A DNA stretch of 64,000 nt from Terriglobia bacterium. Lineage in GTDB: Bacteria > Acidobacteriota > Polarisedimenticolia > Polarisedimenticolales > JAIQFR01. The stretch's first letter is position 1; every line of letters begins with the position of its first letter. Location: NCBI GenBank assembly GCA_963748015.1, contig CAVVHE010000004.1:608001-672000 (forward strand), read 5' to 3'. The notes beneath the pieces are model-generated. The model saw only the letters and a list, made by a program, of their open reading frames with translations, had not been told where the DNA came from and did no database searches. A program made the translations under genes and the position numbers. This document shows, piece by piece, positions 55,527-64,000 of the stretch.

Positions 55527-56090
55527 ATGAGCCATCAGCGTCAACGGTCCGCAACGAGACTGCTCCTGGTCGTCGCCCTCCAGGCGGCGATCATCGCGGG
55601 CTGCGGCGGTCCCCCGGCGGAGAAGTCCGGCGGCGAGAGCGCGGGGACGGCCGGCCGCGCCCCGAAAGCCGCTCCGGATTTCTCGCTCGAGGATCTCGAG
55701 GGCAAGACCGTGCGCCTCTCCGACAGCGCGGGGAAGGTCCGCCTCGTGGATTTCTGGGCCACGTGGTGCGCCCCCTGCCGCGAGGAGATCCCGCAGTTCA
55801 AGGAGCTCTACGCGCAGTACAAGGACCAGGGCTTCGAGCTCATCGGGATCGCGATGGACGAGGAGGGCGCGAAGGTCGTTCGCCCGTTCCTGGAGAAGCA
55901 CCAGGTCTCCTACACCAACCTCCTGGGGAACGAGAAGGTCGAGCAGGCCTTCGGCGGGGTCCTCGGCTACCCGACGGCGTTCTTCATCGATCGCGACGGG
56001 AAGATCGTGGACTCCTACGTGGGCGGCGTGCCGAAGCGGGTGTTCGAGGCGCGGCTCCGCGAGCTGCTCGGCCTCGGCGCGGCCTCCTGA
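55527..56090 (+). CDS. TlpA/ResA-family thiol-disulfide oxidoreductase lipoprotein
   Basis: Lipobox IAGC; APDF; DFWATWCAPC; YPT. Confidence 0.92.
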   Translation: MSHQRQRSATRLLLVVALQAAIIAGCGGPPAEKSGGESAGTAGRAPKAAPDFSLEDLEGKTVRLSDSAGKVRLVDFWATWCAPCREEIPQFKELYAQYKDQGFELIGIAMDEEGAKVVRPFLEKHQVSYTNLLGNEKVEQAFGGVLGYPTAFFIDRDGKIVDSYVGGVPKRVFEARLRELLGLGAAS

Positions 56091-56256
56091 CCCGCGGCCT
56101 CCGGTCCCACCCGGGCGGGGGCGCCTTTTTCCGCCGATCCGGGACGGTTTGGGGCGGTGCCACAAAACGGCACGCTCATTACGATCCTCGAATTGTCGGC
56201 GGCCTCCACGATCCCTAGATTCTCCCTCGGGCCAGTCCTCCCCAGGGAGAACCGCC

Positions 56257-58182
56257 GTGCCATCGCGTCCACACTTCCGCCGGTCGATCCTGATCGGGTC
56301 CCTGATCGTCCTCGCGGCCACCGCCGCGGCGGCGCGCGACGCGCGCCCCCGCTCGCAGGAAAGGGTGCTCGCCGCGATCGTAATGGCCGACGAGAGCGCG
56401 GAAACGCGCGAGGAAGCGGCCGAGGCCATCCGGGCCGCCCGCGGGACGGTGGCCCACGCGTTCGACGGCCTGTTGATCGTCGAGATCTCCCCCGACGCCC
56501 TGCCCGGACTGCTCCTGAGTCCGGCCGTGAGGGAGGCGGGCACGGAGGGAATCGCGGCGTCGAAGCACCGGCGGCGTCCGGAGGGGTTCCACGCGGGAGT
56601 CACCGCCTGGAACCGGTTCTTCCGGAACCAGGCGAAGCGATTCTCGGTCATGGCACCGGAGGGGCTCGCCGGTCCGCCGCGCGAGGGGCAGGATTCGTGG
56701 CTGCCCCCGGCTACCGTCCTTCCGGCCTCCGCGTCCGGGCTCGAGGGATGGAGCCCCGGTGGGAGGCTCGACGTCATCGAGGGCGTTTGCGCCGCGGCCG
56801 CCTCGACCCAGCCCTACGGGGCCACCGATCAGAACACGAGCGAGTTCCTCGCGGGCTCGGTTTCCGTCAACGTGATCCTGGTCCAGAGCGACGGCTCGGT
56901 CGACCTCTCCACCGAGAAATGGACCGCCGAGAGGGAACAGGCCGTGGCGACCCAGGTCGCCGCCGGCCTCGACTGGCTCCGGAGCCAGGAGCCCGCGGCG
57001 AATCTCTCCTTCGTCTACCACGTGATCGCGGGGCGCCTCGCCTCGACGGCGCGCACCGGCTACGAGCCCGTCTCCCGGAAGGCCGACCCGATGGGCGCGA
57101 CGGGGGAGGATCTCTGGGTCGGGCAGATCCTGACGAAGATGGGGTACACGAGCGGCGACCGATGGGTCCGCTCCCGCGCGCTCGCGAACGACACCCGGCG
57201 GGCGGACCGGTCCGACTGGGGGGTCAACGTCTTCGTCGTGGACTCGCTCGTGGATGGGGACGGGCGCTTCACGGACGGCTACTTCGCCTACGCGTGGATC
57301 GGCGGTCCCCACCTGATCATGACGTACGACAACCAGGCCTGGGGCATCGACCGTATGAACCAGGTGGTGCGTCACGAGATCCTGCACTCGTTCTTCGCCT
57401 TCGACGAGTACAGCGGCAGCGGCTGCACCTGCACCGAGCACCGCGGCTACCTCGATGGCGTCAACGGCAACTGCCGGAGCTGCAATCCCGCGGCGACCGC
57501 GTGCGTGATGGACTCGAACACCTCGGCGATGTGCTCCAACACGCGGCGGCAGATCGGCTGGACGGACCTCGACGGGGACGGCGCCGACGACGTGATCGGG
57601 GAGGACCCCGTCACGGTGCTCGACACCCCTCCGGCGACCGTCTGCGGCGGAGCGGTCCTCACCGGACAGGGATCGGTCGTTGCCGCCACCAACCGGAACC
57701 CGGCAGGCGTGACCCCGAAGGTGAGCGTCAGCGTGAACCGCCTCTCCGGCGTGGAGTGGAGGGCCGACGGCGGGAACTGGGCGCCGGCCGACCCGTCCGA
57801 CGGCGCCTGGGGAGACTACGTCGAGGCCTTCAAGGCGACGCTCTCGCTCTCCCCGGGGACCTACAACCTGGATCTGCGGACGGTGGACGACCACGGCAAC
57901 ACGGACCTCACGCCCGCCACGGCGAGGGTGACCGCTCTCGCCGGGGCCGCCGATCCCGGCGCCGTGGTGACCGCCGCGCGGTCTCCGGGCGGGACGGCGT
58001 CGCTCTCCTGGGCGGGCGCCCCCTCGGCGGCCAAGTACCGCGTGTACCGATCCTCGACGGCGGCGGGGAACCCCTCGCTGGCGGTCGAGACCACCGCCAC
58101 GGCCTGGACCGACACGGTCACCTCGTCCGTCTACTACCGCGTCCGCTCCGTGGACGCGTGCGGCAACGAGAGCTCTCCTTGA
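56257..58182 (+). CDS. Secreted zinc metalloprotease with C-terminal Ig/FN3-like domains
   Basis: Signal peptide and propeptide-like region; HEILHSFFAFDEY; CVM Met-turn candidate; W..YRVYRS..YYRVRSVD FN3 pattern. Confidence 0.75.
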   Translation: MPSRPHFRRSILIGSLIVLAATAAAARDARPRSQERVLAAIVMADESAETREEAAEAIRAARGTVAHAFDGLLIVEISPDALPGLLLSPAVREAGTEGIAASKHRRRPEGFHAGVTAWNRFFRNQAKRFSVMAPEGLAGPPREGQDSWLPPATVLPASASGLEGWSPGGRLDVIEGVCAAAASTQPYGATDQNTSEFLAGSVSVNVILVQSDGSVDLSTEKWTAEREQAVATQVAAGLDWLRSQEPAANLSFVYHVIAGRLASTARTGYEPVSRKADPMGATGEDLWVGQILTKMGYTSGDRWVRSRALANDTRRADRSDWGVNVFVVDSLVDGDGRFTDGYFAYAWIGGPHLIMTYDNQAWGIDRMNQVVRHEILHSFFAFDEYSGSGCTCTEHRGYLDGVNGNCRSCNPAATACVMDSNTSAMCSNTRRQIGWTDLDGDGADDVIGEDPVTVLDTPPATVCGGAVLTGQGSVVAATNRNPAGVTPKVSVSVNRLSGVEWRADGGNWAPADPSDGAWGDYVEAFKATLSLSPGTYNLDLRTVDDHGNTDLTPATARVTALAGAADPGAVVTAARSPGGTASLSWAGAPSAAKYRVYRSSTAAGNPSLAVETTATAWTDTVTSSVYYRVRSVDACGNESSP

Positions 58183-58217
58183 TGGCGCCTGGACCCTCTG
58201 CGGAAGCGGGAGGGAGC

Positions 58218-58373
58218 ATGACGAGGCAGGCGAGGACGATCCTGATCATGGCGACGTTCGCCGTCGCGGCCGTCGTGCTTCTGGGCATCGTCGCGGGGCG
58301 CTACGAGAAGGCGCTCGCGTCGCGTCGCGCGGCGGTCGCCCCGGCGGCGAGCGCGGCGTCGCCGGCGAGGTAG
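58218..58373 (+). CDS. Small single-TM hypothetical protein (51 aa)
   Basis: GGAGGGAG RBS; MTRQARTILIMATFAVAAVVLLGIVAG. Confidence 0.5.
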   Translation: MTRQARTILIMATFAVAAVVLLGIVAGRYEKALASRRAAVAPAASAASPAR

Positions 58374-58378
58374 ACGGC

Positions 58379-58540
58379 CTAGCCCGACTTCTGCCCGCCG
58401 CCCTGCGCCAGCCTTCGCTCGAGGCGATCGATCCGGTCGCGCACCCGCCGGAGCCGCACGAACAGGAACGTCACGTAGCCCGCGATGGCGATCCAGATGA
58501 CGTTGTAGGCCCAGAAGAGGAAGTCGTAACCCTTTTCCAC
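58379..58540 (-). CDS. ccmD: Heme exporter protein D (53 aa; not in the ORF track)
   Basis: MEKGYDFLFWAYNVIWIAIAGYVTFLFVRLRRVRDRIDRLE; AAGGAG RBS; directly after ccmC. Confidence 0.85.
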   Translation of the reverse strand: MEKGYDFLFWAYNVIWIAIAGYVTFLFVRLRRVRDRIDRLERRLAQGGGQKSG

Positions 58541-58553
58541 GACGCTCTCCTTG

Positions 58554-59243
58554 TCAACGGCCCCCGAGGGTCTCGGAAAGGGCGCGCGAGCGATCCTCGA
58601 GAGTGGCCACGCGCGTCCGCAGCGTGAGCAGCAGCGCGTAGAGCAGGTAGAAGACGAACAGGCAGAACAGGAAGGTGCGGAGCATCTCCGGGGCGAGCGG
58701 ATCCTTCTTGCCGGGGCCGAAGACGACCGGGTGCTGCCCCCTCCACCAGTCCACCGCCTTGTAGATGATCGGGACGTCGAGCGCCGCCACGATCCCGAGC
58801 ACCGCCGCGAGGCGAGCGCCCTGGTCGCGGTTCTCGGCGTACCCGCGAACCATGAGGCACGCCGCCAGGATCAGCCACAGGACCAGGGTGGTCGTGAGGC
58901 GCGCCTCCCAGGTCCACCAGACCCCCCACGCCGGCTTGGCCCAGATCGGCCCGGTGACGAGAACCACGGTGCAGAACAGCAGGCCGATCTCGGTGGCGGA
59001 GCGCGAGAGGTTGTCCCAGAACATCCGCCGGGTTCCGAGGTAGGCCACCGACGCCACCAGCAGCACCATCACCGAGGAGAACGTCACGATGGCCGCCGGC
59101 ACGTGGAAGTAGAAGATGCGCTGCACGGGGCCCATGACCCGCTCGTCGGGGGCGTAGACGAAGACCATGTAGATCGCCCCGAGCATGAGCAGCGCCGTGG
59201 CCGAGAGCAGCGCGGCCGTCAGGACGTCCTTCGCGCCTTTCAT
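58554..59243 (-). CDS. ccmC: Heme exporter protein C
   Basis: IFYFHVP; WAKPAWGVWWTWEARLT (WWD-type domain); WWRGQHP. Confidence 0.95.
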   Translation of the reverse strand: MKGAKDVLTAALLSATALLMLGAIYMVFVYAPDERVMGPVQRIFYFHVPAAIVTFSSVMVLLVASVAYLGTRRMFWDNLSRSATEIGLLFCTVVLVTGPIWAKPAWGVWWTWEARLTTTLVLWLILAACLMVRGYAENRDQGARLAAVLGIVAALDVPIIYKAVDWWRGQHPVVFGPGKKDPLAPEMLRTFLFCLFVFYLLYALLLTLRTRVATLEDRSRALSETLGGR

Positions 59244-59253
59244 GAATCCTCCG

Positions 59254-59967
59254 TCAGTCCTCGAGGATGTACTCGAAGGTCAGGATCGCCACGAGGAAGT
59301 AGAGCACGTCGAACCCCGTCGTCACCAGCATCCAGTTCGAGACCGACGACAACGGCTTCCCCTCGAGAACCGCCGAGGTGCACTTGACCGCCGCGATGAA
59401 CAGGGGAGACGCCACGGGGAACAGGAGCGTCGCGAGAAGCGCCTCCCCGCGGCCGACCCTCGCGGCGACCGCGGCGAAGAGCGTTCCGAGCTCGCACAGC
59501 CCCACGGTGTGGATCCCCACGACCAGGAGGAGCGGTCCGAGAACGGAGAGCAGGTCGTAGTCGAAGAAGATGGCCGAGAGCGGGAGGATGATCGCCTGGA
59601 GGGCGACGACGGTCGCGACGTTCGCGAGCGCCTTCCCGGCGAACAGCACGGAGCGGTCCACCGGCGCGAGGATCAGCGCCGACAGGGAGTCGCGATGGCG
59701 CTCGATCTGGAACGACCGCGCGAACCCGACGATGCCGGAGAACGAGAAGGTGACCCACAGGATCCCGGGCACGAGCCGGGCCGCGCCGATCTGCCGCACG
59801 GTGGTGAGATCGAACGCGAAGTTGAAAACGACGAGGACGATCAGGGAGAACAGGACCATCGCGGACAGCGTCTCGAGCGTCCGCCACTCGATCATGAGGT
59901 CCTTGGACGCCACGACCCACGCCCCGCGGAAGAACCCCGGACCGGTCGGGCGCCGCCCGCCGCTCAC
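59254..59967 (-). CDS. ccmB: Heme exporter protein B
   Basis: KDLMIEWR..GILW..F..E..GK..P; lies between ccmA and ccmC. Confidence 0.92.
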   Translation of the reverse strand: MSGGRRPTGPGFFRGAWVVASKDLMIEWRTLETLSAMVLFSLIVLVVFNFAFDLTTVRQIGAARLVPGILWVTFSFSGIVGFARSFQIERHRDSLSALILAPVDRSVLFAGKALANVATVVALQAIILPLSAIFFDYDLLSVLGPLLLVVGIHTVGLCELGTLFAAVAARVGRGEALLATLLFPVASPLFIAAVKCTSAVLEGKPLSSVSNWMLVTTGFDVLYFLVAILTFEYILED

Positions 59968-60716
59968 GACTTGCCCCCGCCCGGAGGCGGGCCCCCGACG
60001 TGCTCGAAGTACGACCGCTCGAACGCGAGCCGGTCCATCCCGGCGGAGGCCCCCTGCGCGCGGATGCGCCCCCGCGCCAGGATCATCCAGCGGTCCGACA
60101 GCTCGAGCCCCTCGACGAGATTGTGCGTGACGAGGAAGAGCGTCCGCCCCTCGTGCCGAAGCCTTTCCAGCGTCGCCCTCAAGAGCGCGGCGGCGTAGGG
60201 ATCGAGGCCGGTGAACGGCTCGTCGAGGAAGACGATCTCGGGATCGTGGATGAGGCAGCGGGCGAGGGCCAGCCGCTGCTGCATTCCGCGCGACAGGGTG
60301 CGCGCGGGGTCGTCCGCCCGCTCCGTGAGCCGCACCGACTCGAGGAGCGCGTCCGCTCTCTCGGCCGGGTCGGGAAGGCCGTAGAGGCGCGCGAAGAAGA
60401 TCAGGTTCTCCCTCGCGGTCAAATCGTCGTACTGGAAGGTCTGGTGCGAGATCAGCCCGAGGATCGCCTTGGTCTCGAGCTCGTGCGCGCGCGGGTCCTG
60501 CCCGGCGATCCGGACCGACCCCGCGGTCATCTTGAGGCTCGAGGTGAGGATCCGGGTCAGGGTGGTCTTGCCGGCGCCGTTCGGCCCGAACACCGCCAGC
60601 GACTCGCCGCGGGCGATCTCGAAGTCGAGGCCGTCGAGGGCGGCGATCGCCCCGAAGCGCTTGGTCAGGCCGCGGACCTCGACGATCGGGACTTCGCCCA
60701 CGGGTGCGATCTCCAC
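59964..60716 (-). CDS. ccmA: Heme ABC exporter ATPase
   Basis: GPNGAGKT, LSRGMQQR, LDEPFTGLD; ccm context. Confidence 0.9.
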   Translation of the reverse strand: MEIAPVGEVPIVEVRGLTKRFGAIAALDGLDFEIARGESLAVFGPNGAGKTTLTRILTSSLKMTAGSVRIAGQDPRAHELETKAILGLISHQTFQYDDLTARENLIFFARLYGLPDPAERADALLESVRLTERADDPARTLSRGMQQRLALARCLIHDPEIVFLDEPFTGLDPYAAALLRATLERLRHEGRTLFLVTHNLVEGLELSDRWMILARGRIRAQGASAGMDRLAFERSYFEHVGGPPPGGGKS

Positions 60717-60812
60717 GGCGTGCGAACTTATCGTGCCTTCACCGGGGCTGACAAGGGGAGGGGCTCCGCGCCTCCAGCGGGGGGGGCGCTCGCGTCGCCC
60801 CGGGGTGCCGGC

Positions 60813-61256
60813 TTAGATCCCCTTGGTCCTGGGGTCGTCGTGAGGGTTCTTCTCTCCGCGTTCCTTGGCCGCCTCGTACTTCGAGGGGCATTTCGCCAGG
60901 AGATTGCTGGCGACGAACGTCCCGTCCTGCCGGAGTCCCCCCTCGATGACCACGTCCGCGCCGTCCACGAACGTGTCCGGAATCACGCCGTGGTACTCGA
61001 CCGGAAGGGCGGCCTGGCCGTCGGTGACGTTGAACCGGACGTCCATCCCGTTCTTCTGCCGCAGGATGGAGCCGTCCTCGACCTTCCCATTGATCCGGAT
61101 CCCGCCGTCGCGGGATCCGTCGAGCTTCCGGAACTCGCTCACCGTGTAGTAGTAGACGAGCCCGCTCTTGCTGCTGAGCGTCACGGCGAGCAGGAAGGCG
61201 ACGCAGGCCACGATCCCCACGCCGATCAGGACCAGCCGCAGTTTCTTCTTGTCCAT
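60813..61256 (-). CDS. ccmE: Heme chaperone CcmE, Cys-type (CxxxY)
   Basis: N-terminal TM, YYYTV, PDTF, LAKCPSKY. Confidence 0.92.
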   Translation of the reverse strand: MDKKKLRLVLIGVGIVACVAFLLAVTLSSKSGLVYYYTVSEFRKLDGSRDGGIRINGKVEDGSILRQKNGMDVRFNVTDGQAALPVEYHGVIPDTFVDGADVVIEGGLRQDGTFVASNLLAKCPSKYEAAKERGEKNPHDDPRTKGI

Positions 61257-61437
61257 CGAGACCTCTCGCAACCCACGTGGCACGGCAAACCATTGTACGG
61301 ACCGGAAGAAATCCTGTCAATTCGGGCCTTTTTCCGTACATCACGCCGGGAGCGAAGGGGCGGGATCTCGCCACTTTTTGCTAATCCGCGGGTACGGTTG
61401 TACATTCCGCGTCGCCGAGAGAGGTCGAGGTAAGCGC

Positions 61438-61941
61438 GTGAAGGAAATTCAGTTACGGCTGGCACTGGAGCTGAAGGCGCTCGAGCGGGAGTACCGGGTC
61501 GAGCTGCCCCGCGAAATCAAGATCGCGGTGGCGCAGGGCGACCTGAGCGAGAACGCGGAGTACAAGGCCGCGCTCGAGCGTCAGCACTACGTGAGGGCGA
61601 GGATCAGCGCCCTGAGGGAGCGGCTCTCCGAGCTGGGCACCCTCAACTTCGACCGGGTGCCCAGGGACAAGGTGGGCCTCGGCTCCACGATCGTCCTCCT
61701 CGACATGGACACCGACACGGAGGTCACCTACGAGCTGGTGATCCCCGAGGTCGCGGACTCGGAAGCCGGCCTGATCTCCATCGCCTCGCCGATAGCCCGC
61801 GGGCTGCTCGGGCGCAAGGAGGGGGAGCAGGTGACCATTCCGATCCCTTCGGGCCGGAAGCGCTTCGAGATCGTCGAGCTGAAGACCCTCCACGACAAGG
61901 CAGATGTCGAGCCGCCGGCGCCTGGCGGAGATCCCGCCTGA
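61438..61941 (+). CDS. greA: Transcription elongation factor GreA
   Basis: GDLSENAEY; ISIASPIARGLLG. Confidence 0.93.
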   Translation: MKEIQLRLALELKALEREYRVELPREIKIAVAQGDLSENAEYKAALERQHYVRARISALRERLSELGTLNFDRVPRDKVGLGSTIVLLDMDTDTEVTYELVIPEVADSEAGLISIASPIARGLLGRKEGEQVTIPIPSGRKRFEIVELKTLHDKADVEPPAPGGDPA

Positions 61942-61951
61942 ACACCGGGTT

Positions 61952-62884
61952 ATGATGAGCGGCCCGTCGAGGGGGGACGTCGCGGTGATCGCGGAACCGG
62001 CTCGAGAATCGTTCCTTCCACCGGCCGTCGAGATCCTCCGGCCGAAGCACTGGGTCAAGAACGTCTTCGTCTTGGCGGCCCTGGTGTTCGCGGGAAAGCT
62101 CTCTGACCCAGGAGCGCTCCTGCGGGCGCTCGGGGCGTTCGCGTGCTTCTGCGCCCTCTCCTCCTCCGCCTACGTCCTCAACGACATCTCGGACCGCGAG
62201 GCCGACCGGCTCCACCCGGTGAAGCGGCGCCGGCCGGTCGCCTCGGGCTCGCTGACGGTCGGCGCGGCGGCGCTCCTGGCGGTCGGGCTCGCCGCGGGTG
62301 CGCTTCTCGGCTCCCTCGCCCTCGGGGGGCCGTTCTGCGCGGTGGCCACGACGTACCTCCTGATGAACCTCGCCTATTCCCTCGTGCTCAAGCGGGTCGT
62401 CATCCTGGACGTCATGGTCGTCGCCGCGGGGTTCCTGCTTCGCGCATGGGCGGGCGCGGTGGTCCTCGGCGTCGAGATGTCGCACTGGCTGGCGCTGTGC
62501 ACGGGGCTCCTCGCGCTGTTCCTCGGGTTCGTGAAGCGTCGCCAGGAGATCGCGGTGCTCGACGGCGCCACCGTCCAGCGGCCCATCCTCCGCGAGTACT
62601 CCCTGCCGTTCCTCGACCAGATGATCTCGGTGGTGACGGCTTCGACCGTGCTGGCGTACTCCCTCTACGCCTTCTCGCCGGAAGTCGCCAAGCGGCTCGG
62701 CACCAGCCACCTCGGCCTGACGATTCCGTTCGTCCTCTTCGGGATCTTTCGCTACCTGTACCTCGTCCACAGGCGCGGCGAGGGGGAGAACCCGACGCTG
62801 CTCGTCCTCTCCGACCTGCCGCTGCTGGCGAACGTGGTCCTGTGGGGGGCGTCGGTCCTCGTGGCGCTCTACGCGTGGCATTGA
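61952..62884 (+). CDS. UbiA-family decaprenyl-phosphate phosphoribosyltransferase-like protein
   Basis: RPKHWVKN, YVLNDISDREADRLHPVKRRRPVASG, KRRQE, FRYLY..GENPT. Confidence 0.88.
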   Translation: MMSGPSRGDVAVIAEPARESFLPPAVEILRPKHWVKNVFVLAALVFAGKLSDPGALLRALGAFACFCALSSSAYVLNDISDREADRLHPVKRRRPVASGSLTVGAAALLAVGLAAGALLGSLALGGPFCAVATTYLLMNLAYSLVLKRVVILDVMVVAAGFLLRAWAGAVVLGVEMSHWLALCTGLLALFLGFVKRRQEIAVLDGATVQRPILREYSLPFLDQMISVVTASTVLAYSLYAFSPEVAKRLGTSHLGLTIPFVLFGIFRYLYLVHRRGEGENPTLLVLSDLPLLANVVLWGASVLVALYAWH

Positions 62885-62929
62885 GGCGTTCTTCCCCCAG
62901 GGCCCCCGGCGCGCGGGGCCTCCGTTTTC

Positions 62930-62958
62930 TTGACTTCCCCCCGCCGCGTCCCTAGGAT
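62930..62958 (+). promoter_or_regulatory. Sigma70-type promoter, preceded by a GC hairpin plus T tract (possible terminator, about 62901-62930)
   Basis: TTGACT-N17-TAGGAT; GGCCCC/GGGGCC stem followed by TCCGTTTTCT. Confidence 0.5.
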
Positions 62959-62981
62959 TTGCCGCGAGCCCAAGAGTTGCC

Positions 62982-64000
62982 ATGGAAACGACCTCGCCCT
63001 CAACCGAACGCCCCTCCATCCTCGTCGTGGACGACTCCAATCTCCTTCGGGGGATCCTCCGCGAGGAGTTGGAGGCCGAAGGGTGGGACGTCCACCTGGC
63101 GGAGGAGGGGGGCCCGGCCGTCGAGATGGCCCGCGACCTGCGGCCCGACGTGATCCTTCTCGACGTCGTGCTCCCCGACAAGAACGGGTACGAGGTTTGC
63201 CGGGCGATCAAGGGCGACGACGCGACGAGCGACATCCCGATCGTCATGCTCTCCTCGCGCAACGAGCTGAAGGACAAGCTCGCGGGGTTCGAGGCCGGCG
63301 CGGACGACTATCTCGCGAAGCCCTTCTTCACGAAGGAGCTGCTCGCGAGGCTGCGCACCAACCTGAGGGTCCGGGACGCGCTCGAGAGCAGCAGGCGCCT
63401 CGGCCAGTTCTATCTCGAGATGCTGTTCGGGATCGGCTCCGCCATCACCTCGCCGTTCAAGGTGGAGGACGAGGTGGACATCATCCTGCGCCAGGCGCTC
63501 GTGGCGGTCCACGCGCGCCGAGGCTCGATCCTGCTCCTCGACCCGGAGCAGGGCGACCTGACGGTGAAGGGGGTTCACGGTTACGGCGGCCGCGGCGGCC
63601 CGGCGTACGGGGAGCGGTTCCGCATCTCGGACAAGCTCCCGCTTCTCGCACCCGACGCGCCGGACGCACCGCTCGGCATCCGGATGTACGAGGACTCCTC
63701 CCGGAAGACCGTGTTCGTCCCGATGGTGGCGAAGGAGAGGCTCACCGGGGGGATCGAGATCGACCTCGAGGGAAGGGACCGGCGCTTCTCGGCCAACGAC
63801 CAGAAGCTCCTCTACGCGCTGGCCTCGCAGGCCGCGATCTTCATCGAGAACGCCAGGCTCGAGCGCGACGTGCGCTCGATGTTCCTCAGCATCATCGTCT
63901 CGATGGCGAGCGCCGTGGACGCGAAGGACGCCTACACCCACGGCCACTCGCTCCGCGTGGCCCGGGTCGGCCTCCTCCTCGCGCAGGAGCTCGGACTGTC
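62982..64000 (+). CDS. REC-GAF-HD-GYP response regulator (c-di-GMP phosphodiesterase), 3'-truncated by the window edge
   Basis: Own translation: ILVVDDS..LLDVVLP..AKPF (REC); GAF ending LASQAAIFIENARL; AVDAKDAYTHGHSLRV (start of HD-GYP). Confidence 0.88.
   Translation, partial: METTSPSTERPSILVVDDSNLLRGILREELEAEGWDVHLAEEGGPAVEMARDLRPDVILLDVVLPDKNGYEVCRAIKGDDATSDIPIVMLSSRNELKDKLAGFEAGADDYLAKPFFTKELLARLRTNLRVRDALESSRRLGQFYLEMLFGIGSAITSPFKVEDEVDIILRQALVAVHARRGSILLLDPEQGDLTVKGVHGYGGRGGPAYGERFRISDKLPLLAPDAPDAPLGIRMYEDSSRKTVFVPMVAKERLTGGIEIDLEGRDRRFSANDQKLLYALASQAAIFIENARLERDVRSMFLSIIVSMASAVDAKDAYTHGHSLRVARVGLLLAQELGL

Noticed and set aside
56165..56185. Sigma54 promoter upstream of the metalloprotease (CGGCAC-N5-TTAC); also TGGCAC near 37186 (minus strand) and 61278
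   Set aside because: The -12 GC dinucleotide is missing at the required spacing in all three

Overview
A very GC-rich bacterial chromosome segment. The gene set and style suggest an Acidobacteriota-like anaerobe or facultative anaerobe (inference only). Housekeeping genes lie at both ends: purM-purN-radC, tyrS, thrC, folB-queD-folE, miaA-hfq, a pilT-family ATPase, mutS2, nadB, lepB, ccmEABCD and greA. The centre (about 15-37 kb) is an energy-metabolism block with two tandem MvhDGA-type (group 3c-like) [NiFe]-hydrogenase operons. The first is coupled to a canonical soluble HdrCBA. The second has no HdrB; it is coupled to two complementary 'half' HdrA paralogues and a QmoC-like Fe-S/cytochrome-b membrane subunit. 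This second operon is the strongest candidate for an unusual system: a putative H2-driven, quinone-linked, flavin-based electron-bifurcating complex. A type IV minor-pilin cassette with a candidate sigma54/IHF promoter sits in the opposite orientation between that operon and a maturation protease plus hypA and hypB. Other notable elements are a secreted lipid-hydrolysis cluster, a dispersed or tandem palindromic repeat family with a covarying core, a degenerate SRP-like structured intergenic element, and a PilT with a possibly separately translated coiled-coil tail. Five single-base frameshifts between 16.5 and 31.7 kb are most likely assembly errors. No rRNA, canonical tRNA, CRISPR array, integrase or transposase was recognised.
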